Assembly: GCA_905178155.1 (NCBI GenBank)
Contig: CAJINV010000021.1
Span: 411,760 to 475,759, forward strand
DNA from: Amoebophrya sp. A120
Lineage: Eukaryota > Protista > Dinoflagellata
Length of the DNA: 64,000 nucleotides
Direction of reading: 5' to 3'
Every line of letters starts with the position of its first letter. Position 1 is the stretch's first letter. The position numbers were made by a program, and so were the translations under genes. Positions 13,363 to 26,327 of the stretch are shown piece by piece. The notes under the pieces are model-generated. The model saw only the letters and a program-made list of their open reading frames with translations. It made no database searches and was not told the origin of the DNA.

Positions 13363-14172
13363 GAATGATGTACCGAAGATTTGGGGCAGTCATCTCTTTC
13401 TTGCATTCTAGCGCTTCGTCTTCAACAATCAACGATACAAGTGCAGCGAACGGGACCGCCTGCGAAGCTGGACCGCCAGCACTCGCGAACGCCGCGGCTC
13501 GTGGGTGATCGTGTCTACGTCATGGACGCACGTGAAAAACAACATCAAATAAAAGTGATGTAGTTATGAAGTCAGGGATCAAGAACAGATTCTCGGCGAA
13601 AATAGACCGCTTGTCGCTCCATATCAATTGGTGGTCGGACGAGTATCCATCATCCAATCGGACGCATTCATCTTCATATAGTAGAGCTGTGCGCTACAAG
13701 AACATCAACTGCGCTGCGTTAGAAGCTGCAAAGCCTGCTGCTCTTGCAGATGCGAACAAAAGCTTTTGAGACCACGAAGGCGCTGACAATTTTACGAGCC
13801 TGCGTTCTACTTTGGAGAAGTAGTAAACCTGTTGTGGATAGCTTGGCAGCATCAAAGCCGAAAACTCATCCTCATGCTAAGCCTATGATTATGGCAGGAA
13901 AACCAGATAAAGGTCGTAACTATGTGTATGTCAATGTGCATCTGGTAGTGGTACATCTTCGAAACCAAGAATCGCCTTTTTTTATTTGTCACCTACTGGG
14001 CCCGTGCCGTCGTCATTGTGCGGAACCAAAAGTATTCGGCATCGGCTTTCCAGTACGATACAAGACGAGGCTCGAATTTTTCAGCACACTCCTCCCGGCT
14101 GGAACATCTATCTAAAAGTATTGCAACTGCAAGATTTATTCGGATGATGAAAGTAAGAACTACAACTACACG

Positions 14173-17100
14173 ATGGCAGCGACACATGGCAGGCGTTTTC
14201 GCGTGTTGGCGCTCCGCTCAGGGAGTTCGTTTTTGTTTCTCGTAGTCTTGCACCGCCTTGTCATCTTCATGCTTCACGAAACGCTGCCCGCCGCTGCCAC
14301 GGACAGAACAGCCAGGCTAGGGAACACTGAGGAAGATGATGCTGTGCGTCTGGTGGGTCAACAGGGAGGAGATGAAGTGCAGCCGCAAGAGGACTTTGAT
14401 GCTGCCGATCCAAGACCAACGGAGAGACCACCCGATCCTGCAGATGCAACTCGTCTTCAAGCACATAGACAAGCTGCGCAGGAGAGGAACCGACGCGATG
14501 TGGAAAATAACATCAACACGGACGACGAGGTGTCAAGAGCCAGTACATCTCTATCAGTGCTCGCTGTAGCCGAGCATGCCGAGATGGATCAAGCAACTCC
14601 AGTGGGAGATCTGCCACAGCAGCTCGGCGCAGCGCGACTAGGTTCCGACCGGGCCGCTGCCCCTCCAACGCGGGGCGCTCCGCCGAGAAGAAAAAATCGC
14701 GTGAGCGGCACGAGAACCGAGCGTGATTCTTCTATTGTTCCTGGGGTACGAAACTACGCGGAGCCAATGTCTCCCGGAACAACAAACGCCGACCCGTCAG
14801 AGGACCACGGGGATAAAAATGCTCTAGCGACTGAGCGAGAGAAACAACATTATCGAGGAGGTGAGGCTGATAATCTCACTGGAGTAGATGCTGGAGGTAC
14901 AGCAACTGTTCATCGCTCGGAGGATCTGCAAGAGGACGAGTTGTACAACGACCCTATGATATCCGAACTGCAGCTTTCGGCCGCCACCACCAAAAATCCG
15001 GACGAGAAAACGAAGCCTTCGGACCTGGACAGCTCTTTTCGAACCCGGATAAAGATCGTGGACGAGGAACTGAAAGAGGAGAATGTGGGTTCCTGTTTGA
15101 CCTACGTGTGCAGCGTGTCTACTGGGGGTGGGGGCGGGTCCGCCGCGACCAACGGGTACGACTTTCAATACACACTAGATGTGGACAAGCCTTGCAAGCT
15201 CACCAGCCCGGACACCACGGGCGACAACGCGAGTTGCGAGGCCGTGTGCTGCAGCTACTTTTACTGCTTCGTGAACCTACGCGATCTCGGGGTCGACTAC
15301 GAGATGGCGGGGCTGAACGACAAAACCCGCATATTGCGAGGAAGAATCCGCCCTCCCCATATGCATATCGAAAAGGTATGTTTCCGAAAATTTGTGTTGC
15401 TGATTTGAGACCACAAATCGCGTCTGTCTTGCAAGAAGACAAGCGCAGAGGCTTCCGCGCCGGTATGGAAGCGATTTGGCATGCTGTTGCGCCTAGGAAG
15501 CAGCCGCTTGTAATGCTAAGCAACTAGACGTAGACCCAACGAGCGCCCCTATCTAGGCCGAGGATCTGGCGGCCGCAATGCCCTCCTGCAATACAAAACT
15601 CAAATACAGCATCACAGATTTCGGCTTTGATATGGGGAGGGGGAATTTTTGCTTTCGATACCGCACAGGCGTAGCCTTCAACGCCTGTGCGGACTATCCC
15701 GTGTAAAAACGTCCGCACCCCAGAGTTGTCTTGCAGATTTGCAATGACAAGAACATTTGTGATGCGCAGCCCCATGACAGGAAGTTCCCATCGTGTTTTG
15801 AAATTTCTATAATGCTGTAAACAGAATGAGGAGCTGGGTTTGTAATGCGGCAGTCCTTGCTAACCTGCACTACACTACGAGCTGCAGCTTGTCATGCGTG
15901 ACTCCCAAAGTTTCTGGGTTTGTGTTGCAAGGTCCCCATGATCTTGACTCTGGGGTGGGGACGTTTTTACTCAGGATACGGGCCAGCGAACCGTCAAGTT
16001 CCTCAAGGTGCCTGCCTTCGAGGACCAGGGCGGGGGCCCCGGGGAAACCGCGGGCGACAACCGCATCGAGGTGGACAAATTTCTCGAACTGGAGAACTTC
16101 GTGTATGGTGTTGTCAAACGTTACATTCTCGAACTATTTCGTGTATTTGTGATGCAAGAACAGCAACAGTTAAATCGGCAAGCTTGCCACTGTCGCATCA
16201 CAGATTTTGCACAGATTTACATGCTGTTATAGCGCCTCGGAGATTTGTCATGCGAAGCAGCTTGATCATCTGGCCGCATAAGGTAGTTCTGCATGACAAA
16301 TGTATGCAACAGCTGAGGGTGTAACGCTTGAACACGCCATATCGTGTCCGTGCCCGACTGCTACCACCGAATATGCAAGAAAAAAACTGTGTAAGTGTAA
16401 CTCTGTAATGCAGAACACGCAACAGGAACAGAGTTACACCTGTGCCTGTCATGCCAGACAGCCATGAAGTCCCCTTTTGATGTGTGTTTTCCCTTACAAG
16501 CCACGGATGACAGGTTATCTCTGTCATGTACAGCAAATTTGTAATGCTGTCAGCGAAAGAAAGTTACACTAACACAGTTTTTTTCTTCGATACCGAACGG
16601 GCTTCTTTCACTACCCAGTTGTCGGGACCGAAACCAAGCACGCGCTGCAAGTGCTGAAGCGGCAGAAACAAGTGGACAGCAACGTAGACACCACGGCTTC
16701 CGGCCCGGTCGACTTCGACAACTTTTCCCTTCGCGAGCACCTCCCGGTGGCCTCGGCACTGACCACGCGAAATTTGCCGGACGACTCTCCCACCATCGAC
16801 GAGATCCGAGACGCCGCGCGGACCAACGCGCAGGTGGCGAACAACGACGAGACCCTGGAAGTCCAACTTGGGCTACGCGGGTTTTACAACATCCATTCGC
16901 ACGCCTTCGCGTGGGAGGACCCGATATTGAAGGTGCAAGGCGAGGGAAAGCTCGCGGGGGATATCCACCAGCAACTCGGCAAGAAGCGCGATGAGTACAA
17001 ACCGATGGATTTGTCCGTTGCGAACCCCGTTCAGGGCCCGAAAGCCGTCCTCGGGAAGACGCTTCGTCTGGTGGTCGCGGATTCCCGGGCCCACTGGCAC

Positions 17101-20100
17101 TTGCCAAAGTGGAGTAAACGGTACGAGGGGATGAAAACTGGTGCTACTGGGGGTGGAGAACGAAGCGGCGCCAGCACCTTTTCGGCAAGCGACTACCAGC
17201 TGCCCTACACGCGGGAGGCGGAGCTGGCTTTCGCGGAAACGGGCAAAAAAGACGGCATCCCGATCAAACAGTGTTGCTCTTTCATCGTCCAGGCCATGAC
17301 CAGTCCGAACTTCCTCAGTAACGACTTGGAGCTGACCGAAAAGTTTGTCGTTCAGAACTGTGTGGTGTTTGCCAAAAACATGCATGAGCATCTGTTCGGC
17401 AAAGAACCCACTGCGGCTGAGCAGGCAGCTATTGATGCGGCAACAACTCCCGTGGGGCCGGAGGCTTTGCCGCCTGCAGGTGTAAGAAATAACGTCGGCG
17501 CCCCGGAGGTTCCGAACGCTGACTGTGAGGTGGGACCCTGGGCGGCGGTCGGGGCGTGCTCCAAGACTTGTGGGATCTACGACAATACCCAAGTGCGGAT
17601 CCGGCAAGTGACCTACCCCCAAAGCGGCAACGGGAAAAAGTGTCCCGCGCTGCAAGAGACCGTGCCCTGCACGCTCGAGGCGTACACCGGGGAGTGCAGC
17701 GTAGATTGCGAGGCGACCGACTGGTCGCCTCCTGAGTACGGCTCCTGCAGCGTGGGACCGATAAAGGGTCCCGGGGGTGCGGTTCTGTTCGCGAAGCGGT
17801 GCCGGAAAACCCGCATATGCATTGCAAATGTATCGCACTAAAGTGTAAAGTGTATTACAAAGTGCCTTACTTCGTATGAATAAAATATGTTTTTTTAGCT
17901 TAGGATGGCGATTTGTAATGCGTTGTATCTGCAATTGCTGCGAGCGCGATACTTTTGCAATGCATACCGCACGCGGGAGATCAAAACCCCACCGACGGGG
18001 CCCGACGCAGCCCCCTGCCCAGGGAACAACGAAGAACTGGAGCAAGCAAAACTCTGCACCATCAACGACGATACCTGGAAAGAGTGCTGCGAGGATATGG
18101 CTTGCTCAGATGTTACAATCTCAAACGTTACAATAGAATCTGGAATTTGTCTTGCATGAACAGCATGAGTACCATACAGAGACTTGGGCTTTTTGCAATA
18201 CAAATTTCGTCAGAATCTCATGGGGTTTGGGGCTCCGAAACTTGTCATGCGCGCCCCTTTGGGAGTAGGCCAGATGTTGCGGATTTTGCAACACAAGTTC
18301 CAAACTCTATTGCAACGTTTGAGATTGTAACACCTGAGCGGGTTATGGAGGACAACGCCGGTGCGGAGTGGACCGAGTGGACGGCATGCACCAAGACGTT
18401 ATCAAATGTAAAAATGTCTGGGTCTGGACGGTTAGAACTTGTCATGCTAAATCTGAATGATGCAAAAATCTGTGTTGCGTGAGTGCCAAAAGCTGTCCGC
18501 TTTTGACCAAGTTGAGAGGGAGTATCTCATGCAGGAAAGGCATGACAGAGACCTCACAAAATCTGTCATGCTGGGTCTCACATTCCAGACCTCATGGGTC
18601 ATGGAAAACCTGCATCACAAATCTTGCATTCTTCCAGACCCAGACATTTTTACATTTGATAGACGTGCGGTGGCGAGGACGAAATGAAATCGCGCACGAA
18701 GACCGAATACAAATACCTGATCCAGGACCCGGTGCAGTGCGTCAGCGAGGTGACACGGGACACAGCCCGTTGTCACGAGGGGCCGCAGCCGGACTGCCCA
18801 CGGGACTGCAAACTGAGCCACTGGACCGAGTGGGGGGAGTGTTCCAGCACCTGCGGAAAAGGCCAACACACGCGGACAAGAACAGTTGTGCAGCAACCCA
18901 TCGGGGACGGTGAGCAGTGCCCCGATAGTGCCACTGAAAAAAGCGCCTACGAAGAAACAGGGGAGTGCGAAAACACGATTGAATGCGTCCCGAAAGTGGA
19001 CTGTGCACTCGAGGAAAAGTATGTCGCTCCTGTTGCCCAGGAAAATAATAACGGGAACGACAACACCGAAGAAGGCGGGTGGTCCCCCTGCAGTAAAACC
19101 TGCGGGGGCGGCGCGAAGTTCCGCATCAAGTTCGTAGACCAGCTGCCGCAGGGATCGGGGAAGAGCTGCCAGAAATTGTTTGGCAAGGGCGAAGGCATCA
19201 CTGATGCCGCCGTGGTGGCCAAAGAAGACATCACTATCAGTTGGGGGTACATCGACGCCGGGGCCAACGAAATAAAGGGAGCACACTACACCGATGGAAC
19301 GCCAGTTGAAATAATAAATGCGGAGCAGGAGCAGAGCCAGAGCAGCGGCAGTGTTAGTACAAGCAAGCTCAAAATGTACATGAAGGAGACAGCCGATTGC
19401 AATCGGGAGGTGAAATGCCCGGATCCTGTAGATTGCGTGATGAAAAACTGGGAAGCTTGGACGGAATGCTCCAAGAGCTGCGACGGCGGTACGCGGACGC
19501 GCGCACGGTACGTAAAAACTCCGCCGAAGGAGGGTCGCCCGAAATGCCAAGACGTGGACCTGTACAAAATCGAGAATCTCCAGAAGGGCTACGCCAACGG
19601 GACGGCGCCGCACTTTGAATGGCTCTCGACGGGCGGGGGCGGGCAAGAACAACACGACGGAAAGCTGCACCAGAAGGAAACCGCGCGCTGCAACGAGATA
19701 CACTGCCCCTGCGCGATGGAAGAGTGGGCCGCGGATTGGACGACGTGCAGCGTCACGTGCGGCCCCCACGGGAAACAGACGAGGGAGAGAAAGGTGAGTA
19801 CCCTGGGGGGCTACGCGGACCTGACCGGCTGCAAAAGTCTTTTCGGAGACGAGAGCAAAGCGGGTGTGCAACACGATAATGGGGTGTACATCATACGCGA
19901 CGCAGACGGGATTACTCGGCAGTGGGAGGAAAAATCGCCGCTGGAAAATTCGATACAGAAGGAAACGCGCAAGTGCAACAACTTTCCGTGCGACGACCAG
20001 CCAACAGGGGACGCTGCAACTACGGTAGCCCCGCCCGAGGACGGTCCACCGGCTTGCGTCCTAGACGAGCACTGGTGGAAAGCGGACTCCTGCGGCTGTC

Positions 20101-20732
20101 AATGGAGGGGCGTGAGTAGTCCCGCTACGGGCACGTGTTTCAATGATATCCCACGAAGAAAGTGTTGCAGTTACACACTTGATGTTGCAATTGCAGCAAC
20201 ACAAATTTTCTCCGCATGGCAGAGAAAACTTGTAATGCAGAGTTCATAAGAGAAAACACGTATGAAACAAGGCTTGAAAGCATTTCGTGCATCACAGAGG
20301 TTGTCTGTCTTGCGTGTTCTGCAGCACAATGCGTAACACTTTTTTCGTTGCATAAATGGCGAAGACGGCGCAGTGTACGCGGTCTATAGCAACGCTGCCG
20401 CGAATTGTCCGGCCTGCAAAGGCCGACCTGCGTCTGTCAGCACGCCCTACATTTTGTCCGACAAATCCTGCGAAGACGACAAATGCAGGGTGGGTTCCGC
20501 CCGTGCCCCTGCGTTCGCGAGCGGGTGGGTTCCGCCCTTGCCTCCGAAGTCGGGGGAGACGGTGCCCGGTTACCGAACCCTGGTGAACACCGATATTAGA
20601 GACCTGTTTGCGTCGCAAGAGGCGTATTGGAACTACGTGAACGACATCGCAGCGCAGCAAGCGGTGCTGGAGGCTTCCCAAAAGAAGCAGCAGTCCAACT
20701 TCTTCGGGTTGCCCACATTTGGTCTTAGGTGA
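14173..20732 (+). CDS. Secreted or surface thrombospondin type-1 repeat protein, interrupted by 8 introners
   Basis: Several WxxWxxCSxTCG repeats; ORFs 14173, 16008, 16651, 17905, 18684 and 20373 join in one frame when the 8 elements are removed (e.g. WTEWTACTK/TCGG). Confidence 0.85.
15332..15660. mobile_element. Introner family E, TSD ccgca
   Basis: ccctccccatat/atatggggaggg; frame restored. Confidence 0.9.
15695..15978. mobile_element. Introner family D, TSD cggac/cgggc
   Basis: gtaaaaacgtcc...accccagagt/actctggggt...ggacgtttttac; homologous to 62546-62834. Confidence 0.88.
16104..16341. mobile_element. Introner family G, TSD tcgtg
   Basis: tatggtgtt/aacacgccata; interior collinear with 47097-47331. 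Confidence 0.88.
16372..16592. mobile_element. Introner family F, TSD ccgaa
   Basis: aagaaaaaaactgtgtaagtgtaact/agttacactaacacagttttttttctt. Confidence 0.9.
17816..17966. mobile_element. Introner, family C-like, TSD ccgca
   Basis: tatgcattgcaaatgtatcgc/gcgatacttttgcaatgcata. Confidence 0.9.
18096..18347. mobile_element. TIR introner (G-related), TSD gagga
   Basis: tgttacaatctcaaacgtt/aacgtttgagattgtaaca; ends TA...TG. Confidence 0.85.
18400..18661. mobile_element. Introner family A, TSD gacgt
   Basis: Perfect 29-bp TIR tatcaaatgtaaaaatgtctgggtctgga; splits the TSP1 motif CTK/TCGG. Confidence 0.95.
20147..20354. mobile_element. TIR introner, TSD aatga/aatgg
   Basis: acgaagaaagtgtt/aacacttttttcgt; frame restored into ORF 20373. 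Confidence 0.82.
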
Positions 20733-21295
20733 AGCTGAAGCCGTCGTCGAAGACTTCAAGAAAGCTTCGCGACGAAGTCGAAGTTAGACCAGAAGTGCTG
20801 CAACTGTTCTTGTTTACTCAACTACAAGAACTCTAGTACACCTACACTACCGACAGCACTCGCGCGCCCGCGGAGACGTACTTAGAGGGCCGCTCCAGTG
20901 AGTGGTGTTGCGGGCACAGATTCGCCCTGAAACTTCTACACATTAGATACAATGACGCGAATTGAATACGAATGATCTCCATTTTGGTATCATATGAGCT
21001 TTCTGAGCAATTATGCGAGCATCGCCCGAGCATGCCCGCTTGTTCCCTGGTCCTGAAAAATCGAGCAGGATCTGACGAAAGGTTTCAGTTTCCCATCATG
21101 ATCATGAAAACGAGTTGGAGTGCGCAGACGGACCACGAGTAGAACGAATGAAGATAGAAAGAGCACCGGCGCGTCATAGCTTTCATAATGAACAGCATTC
21201 GACTCAGAAACATGACCTCATACTTGAAGATGGCACCATCGAGCTAGAACTTGAGCTACAGTGTGATCAAATACAACTACCAAAATCAATTCAAT

Positions 21296-22285
21296 ATGTC
21301 GTCCTCCGCTGGAGATGCTCCTGCACCTTCTGACCCTGCTCCGGCCGCCAGCACCTCTCCCTACGTTCCCCCAGAACAGTGGGAGCCGCGCGAACTGCCG
21401 GACGCATGGGGACGGGAGACACTGCAGGCCATGGCCATGAAGCCCTGGACGCAGGAAGCCTTGCCTAAAGGCCAGCACGGACTGCAACTGTACTCCCTCG
21501 GGACGCCCAACGGCATCAAAGTTACCATTTTTCTGGAAGAGCTGGTCGAGATTTTGGACGACTTTGAATACGACGCTTGGTGGATCGACATCATGAAGGG
21601 GCAGCAGTACTCCCGGGGCTTCCTGGAGGTGAACCCCAACGCGCACATCCCGTGTTTACTGGACACCAAGCCGGGTGGAGATACAACTGGAAGCGAAGAA
21701 GGTGCCAGCAATATGATCGACGACATTCGCATCTTCGAGTCCAACGCGATCCTGCTCTACCTGGCCGACAAGTTTGAAAAATTCGTACCAAGCAAAAATG
21801 AACCGTCACAACTGCATGACCGAACGGAGTGCCTCAATTGGCTGTTCTGGCAGAGCGGGGCATTTGGCCCCGCGTGCGGAAACTTCAACTCGGCGTTCGT
21901 CTACAGCAAGCCGGGGGAAAAAAACCGCGACGAGATCGACCGCACGACATTGGAGGTGAAACGTTTGCTGTCGGTCTTGGAAAATCAACTCAACCGCGAC
22001 AGGTCCTCCGATGAACCACAACTACCGTGTTCTTGGCTCGCGTCCGCGGCTGAGACCGGCCCGAGCATTGCGGATTTTTGCGTCTTTCCCTGGCTCCGGA
22101 CTCTGAGGCGGCGCGACATGGTGAAAAAGTGGCTTCGGCTGGAGGAAGATTACCCGGCCTTAATCCGCTGGTTCGACCTTCTTCTCGCCCGGCCGGCGGT
22201 GCAGCGGGGCATTCGGGTCAACAACGTCATGGAGCCGAATGGGGTGAAGAATCGACACGCACGGACGGATTTTGATGCTCTGTGA
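21296..22285 (+). CDS. Glutathione S-transferase, YghU/YfcG (nu-class)-like, intronless
   Basis: LQLYSLGTPNGIKVTIFLEEL, FLEVNPNAHIP, IFESNAILLYLADKF, SIADFCVFPW, RPAVQRG. Confidence 0.9.
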   Translation: MSSSAGDAPAPSDPAPAASTSPYVPPEQWEPRELPDAWGRETLQAMAMKPWTQEALPKGQHGLQLYSLGTPNGIKVTIFLEELVEILDDFEYDAWWIDIMKGQQYSRGFLEVNPNAHIPCLLDTKPGGDTTGSEEGASNMIDDIRIFESNAILLYLADKFEKFVPSKNEPSQLHDRTECLNWLFWQSGAFGPACGNFNSAFVYSKPGEKNRDEIDRTTLEVKRLLSVLENQLNRDRSSDEPQLPCSWLASAAETGPSIADFCVFPWLRTLRRRDMVKKWLRLEEDYPALIRWFDLLLARPAVQRGIRVNNVMEPNGVKNRHARTDFDAL

Positions 22286-23065
22286 GAAGCGTTAGGACTG
22301 CACAACAAGGTTGTAGTTACATGTTCATTTTTTTCCGGGAAGAAACATGAAGGCAACTTTAGATGACTTGTGCCTGATCTGGCCCGGCGGCAGAAGACGA
22401 AATCGCAGAAGTAGGACGCGAGAGTGTAGTGCGCTTGAAAATAGTCTCCGCGTGACGTCGTCACACTTCCTGGTCAATAGGCTACGAATAGCGGCAACAG
22501 ATGGTGTCTTTGACGGATGAAAGAAAGTTCGCAAACACTTGAGGTAGATTGTTCGTCTTAGTTGGAGGTGTGTACAGTTGCAGAGAGACCGTTCGTATGG
22601 GTAATAGTCCGTCACTTCTGCGCATTATACTTCACCTTAGTAGATCGCTTTGTGTGGCTCGCCTTGTGCTTCGTCGTCCTCGTCGCGGTCGAAAGTTCAG
22701 TAGAAAAGAAACTTGGACTTTTCTTTTCCTTGCAGAAATTAGTTTCTCTCCGCGGCTCGCAGCCCTCTTTTCGTGTTCGATGTCGGATCGATCTATCAAG
22801 GAGCAAACGCAAGCTTCCAGTGTGAATAAGCGCGAAGTTTTGTCGCTGAAAAGGTTCGATTTGTTTGAAGAAAAATTAGGCTCGTAAGAACGAATGCAGG
22901 TAAAGCCTGTCAGATAGTAGAAACAAGTCTGTACTTGCCTTTTTTTCGTTCGAATTCTGTTCAACGAACTACGTATGAACTACGCTCGTCGTGTAAGATA
23001 TTAAACACAAACAAGCTAAGCGTTCCTTCCTTTTTGTGCTTCACGCTTCCACCAGAGGCATCAAG

Positions 23066-26000
23066 ATGGGCAACGTTTACGGCTCCACGACAGGTTATGC
23101 TAGTTCCTATTTTGGGCAGCACCTCCCGGGCGGCCAGCGCGTGTCCAACAACTCCCGAACGGAGGGTTCCCTAGCGCAGGGTTCCTTCCTGCCCGACTGG
23201 CATTCGTTGTTCGCGCTCATTTTCCCGGGCAAAACGGACGTGGGCGTGTTCGGGGCGACGCACGTCAACCGCTACGCGTTGAGCCAGCGCCCGGTGAAAA
23301 TCTGCGGGAACGAAGCGGTGCTGCACGCGGGGCGGCATGCGGCCGACGTGCTGGAGCTGATGCCGCGGGAGAGGAAGGAGCTGCTGGAGCAGGAGGTTTT
23401 GATACAGCAGTGGAAGCGAGAGGAACGAGAGCGAAGTCGGGCCGCTGCGAGCACCAGTGCTGCTGAAAAAGCGGTTGTCCACCCAGGGACGAATGTTACC
23501 GAAGTCAACCTCAACACCGGATCAAGCAACAAGGAAGGTGATACTCAATCCCAGCAGCCGTTTGTCCTTGACCTCGTTCCGCGGGCGGAAGACGGGGCAA
23601 ACAGTCCCGGAGGCGAATCGCGCAGTGCAGCAACGTCCACCTCGGCTGGGGGTGCTAGCAGTTCGTCGAGTAGTTCCTCCTCGGCCTCTGCGTCTGCGAC
23701 AGGCACAGGGGAAATAAGAAATGCGAACCGTGAGAGCAGGACCCTCGCGGAGAGAAATGGAGGCTCCGCTTCTTCGCTTCCCGAGGCCCGGGAACAAGAA
23801 GATGATGAGCAGGGCCAGCAAGGTGGTCACCCTCCAGCACCGCCGTCCCCCTCCCCGACATCCAGGCCCCGCGGCGCGTGTTTAGTGGTAGGTAGCCGGC
23901 GGAGAAAGGCCAGCACGACGAGCAACGCAAGTAGCGGCTCGGCCAGTACTGCGAGTAATGGCGCAGCGGGGGCCACAACGTCTTCTACTTCTGGTTCTTA
24001 CCCGCCCGAAGACGGTGCTCCGGGGAGCAAAAGCTCCTCGTCCTTAGTAGAGCCGTCTACTGCGAAGTCATCTTCTAGCTCATCTACAACATCAGAAGTC
24101 GCACCAAAGACAACGATATCATCAAACCGCATCGTGCCGCTGGGGTTCGCCTGTCTGAAGGGACGCAAGCCAGACCCCAACCAGGACAACTTTTTTGGCG
24201 TCACGTACGACGAAGGGCGGCAGTTTCTGCTCGGGGTCTTCGACGGCCACGGGCCGCAGGGGCAGGTGTTCAGCGAAATCGGCACGTTGTGGGCACCTTT
24301 GGTGTTGCAGCGGGAGCAACACCATCAGGAGGCGTTGAGAAAAGCGACCTGTGGCGAAGGTTATTCTGGGACAGAAAGTGCATTTTTTGATGGTGGAGCC
24401 GCGTCTACTACAGATTCTAGTAGTGTCGCAGAACAAATAAATCAGGAATCTGCACCGTTGTCCCGTACTTCTTCTTCCTCCTCCGCTTCCAGCAGGTCCG
24501 AAGACCACTACTCGGAGATCATGCGGTCCGCGTTTCATAAACTGACCCGCGTGGCCACGCAACGACTGGAGGATAGCAAGGGAGAAAGTAACGCGCTCTG
24601 CATGAGCGGAACGACCTGCGTCATCGTGCATGGACAGATTCACCTTGGAAGTAGCACATGCAGAAGCACGACGTCGGGAATACTAAATCGACCGCTCGAG
24701 CAGGAAAATGCGGGTTTAGATCGTGGTATTGCGGGTGAACAAAACACGCGCGCCAGCACTTCCTCTTCGTCGTCAGGTACGACGCACGTTCAAGACACAG
24801 CTGACGGTGTTAAAAATACAGTTGGTGAGCCCGCCGCCTTGCCAGCGACCACTTCCGTCGTGGTTTCATCGTCTATTTGTGATCATGCTCCTGCTCTCGT
24901 CGATGAACAGGTGGAAATGGACGTTGACCGCCCAGGCACTACAGCAGTCACGTTGCCCGGTTATACGGTCTCACAAGATTCACATTCAGCGACGAGGGAT
25001 TTTTCTGGCGACAGTGGCGCCGAGGCGTGCGATCGGGAACGGAGTAGCAGCCATGCGTCCTCGTCGTGTTCCCCGTCCGCTGCATCAGCGGGGAAAAAAG
25101 TAGTCGAGCTTGATGTTGACCAAGAGAAGCAAGTTCGCTCCCAGCTGCCGCATGGGTCTTCTACCTCTACGTCGTCTTCCTCTTCCACAGAAGGTGGTGC
25201 TTTTTCAAACGGTGCTGGAGCTGATTCCTCGCTGGAACTTGCGTTGAACTGTGGATGGCTCGGTATTCACGTGTTATTTGATGGCCGTGATGAACTTCAA
25301 CTTTTTCTTTTGAGCGTTCTTTTATTTAGCCTCGTCATAATTTTGCCATTTTTTGTTCTGGCTATTCTCCTGACAGGCGACTCCCGTGCGCTGGTGATTG
25401 AAGGCAGGCAAACGCCCCCTACCCGGTCGATTGTGTTGGAGAAAGTTACCGCACTGACACGCGATCACAAGCCCGAAGACGAGGAGGCGGATCGTCTACA
25501 GTCGCAATGGGCGGCGGGCACAACAAAAAACACCGGGTTTATCAAAAAGCAGCGCGTTTGGTTCACCTGCGACAGCACCCAGCCAGGATTTATTTCGGGC
25601 CTGAACATGAGTCGGAGTCTGGGTAAGTACAACATCTAAGAAAGGCGAATACCATTCATAGATACGTAGTTTTTTGTTGTTCACTTCAGCTGCAGGTCGT
25701 GCTCGTGTAATGAGTGCATGAGTTGGTCTTTTTTTACGGGTCTACTTCATCCGATCTCTCTTCTCAGGTGATCGCTATGCCCATGATGTCGGGGTTTCCA
25801 GCGAGCCAGAGGTAACGAGCGAAACAATTTCGCTTCTGGAGCCCCGGCCTGCTGCAAACAGTTCCAGTTCTGGTTCCAGTGCAGCAGCAAAGGAGCAACT
25901 GCGATCGGGCACCAGTTCTGCGTCGAGCGCGGACGCAGCAGGAGTACAATCAGAGTCATTGTCCTGCGGCGCGGGCGGCGGAGAGGATGACGCGGGTCCA

Positions 26001-26327
26001 ACGGGAGGTTATGGTGCTCCGATGTCTTCTTCTTTATCAGGTTCGTTTCGACGTGCTGCCCCTACGGGACAACTACATCAAGCAAGACCTCAAGAAGTTC
26101 TTGACAGTACTGCTTATTCATCCCCAAAGCACGTGTTCGTTCTGCTAGCGACCGATGGCGTATTCGAGGTGTTGACGAACGAGCAAGTGGCCGAGCTGCT
26201 GCTGACCAATTTGAACCTCGGCAAGTCGCTGCAGCAGACCGCGGAAAATATCGCACGGTCAGCAGCGGATCTCTGGAACCAGGGCACCTACATCGACGAT
26301 ATCACAGTTTTGTTGTATCTGGTGTAG
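23066..26327 (+). CDS. PP2C/PPM Ser/Thr phosphatase; GT-AG introns 25263-25376 and 25623-25767
   Basis: NQDNF, GVFDGHG, SGTT, WL/GDSRA, TRDHKP, LNMSRSL/GD, LATDGVFEVL, DDIT; MG N-terminus. Confidence 0.9.

Noticed and set aside
16873-19874. Long minus-strand ORFs (390 aa and 419 aa)
   Set aside because: Antisense shadows of the GC-rich TSP1 exons with no recognisable motifs.
25263-25376. Apparent transmembrane segment inside PP2C
   Set aside because: It is a stop-free 114-nt GT-AG intron; removal restores WLGDSRA.
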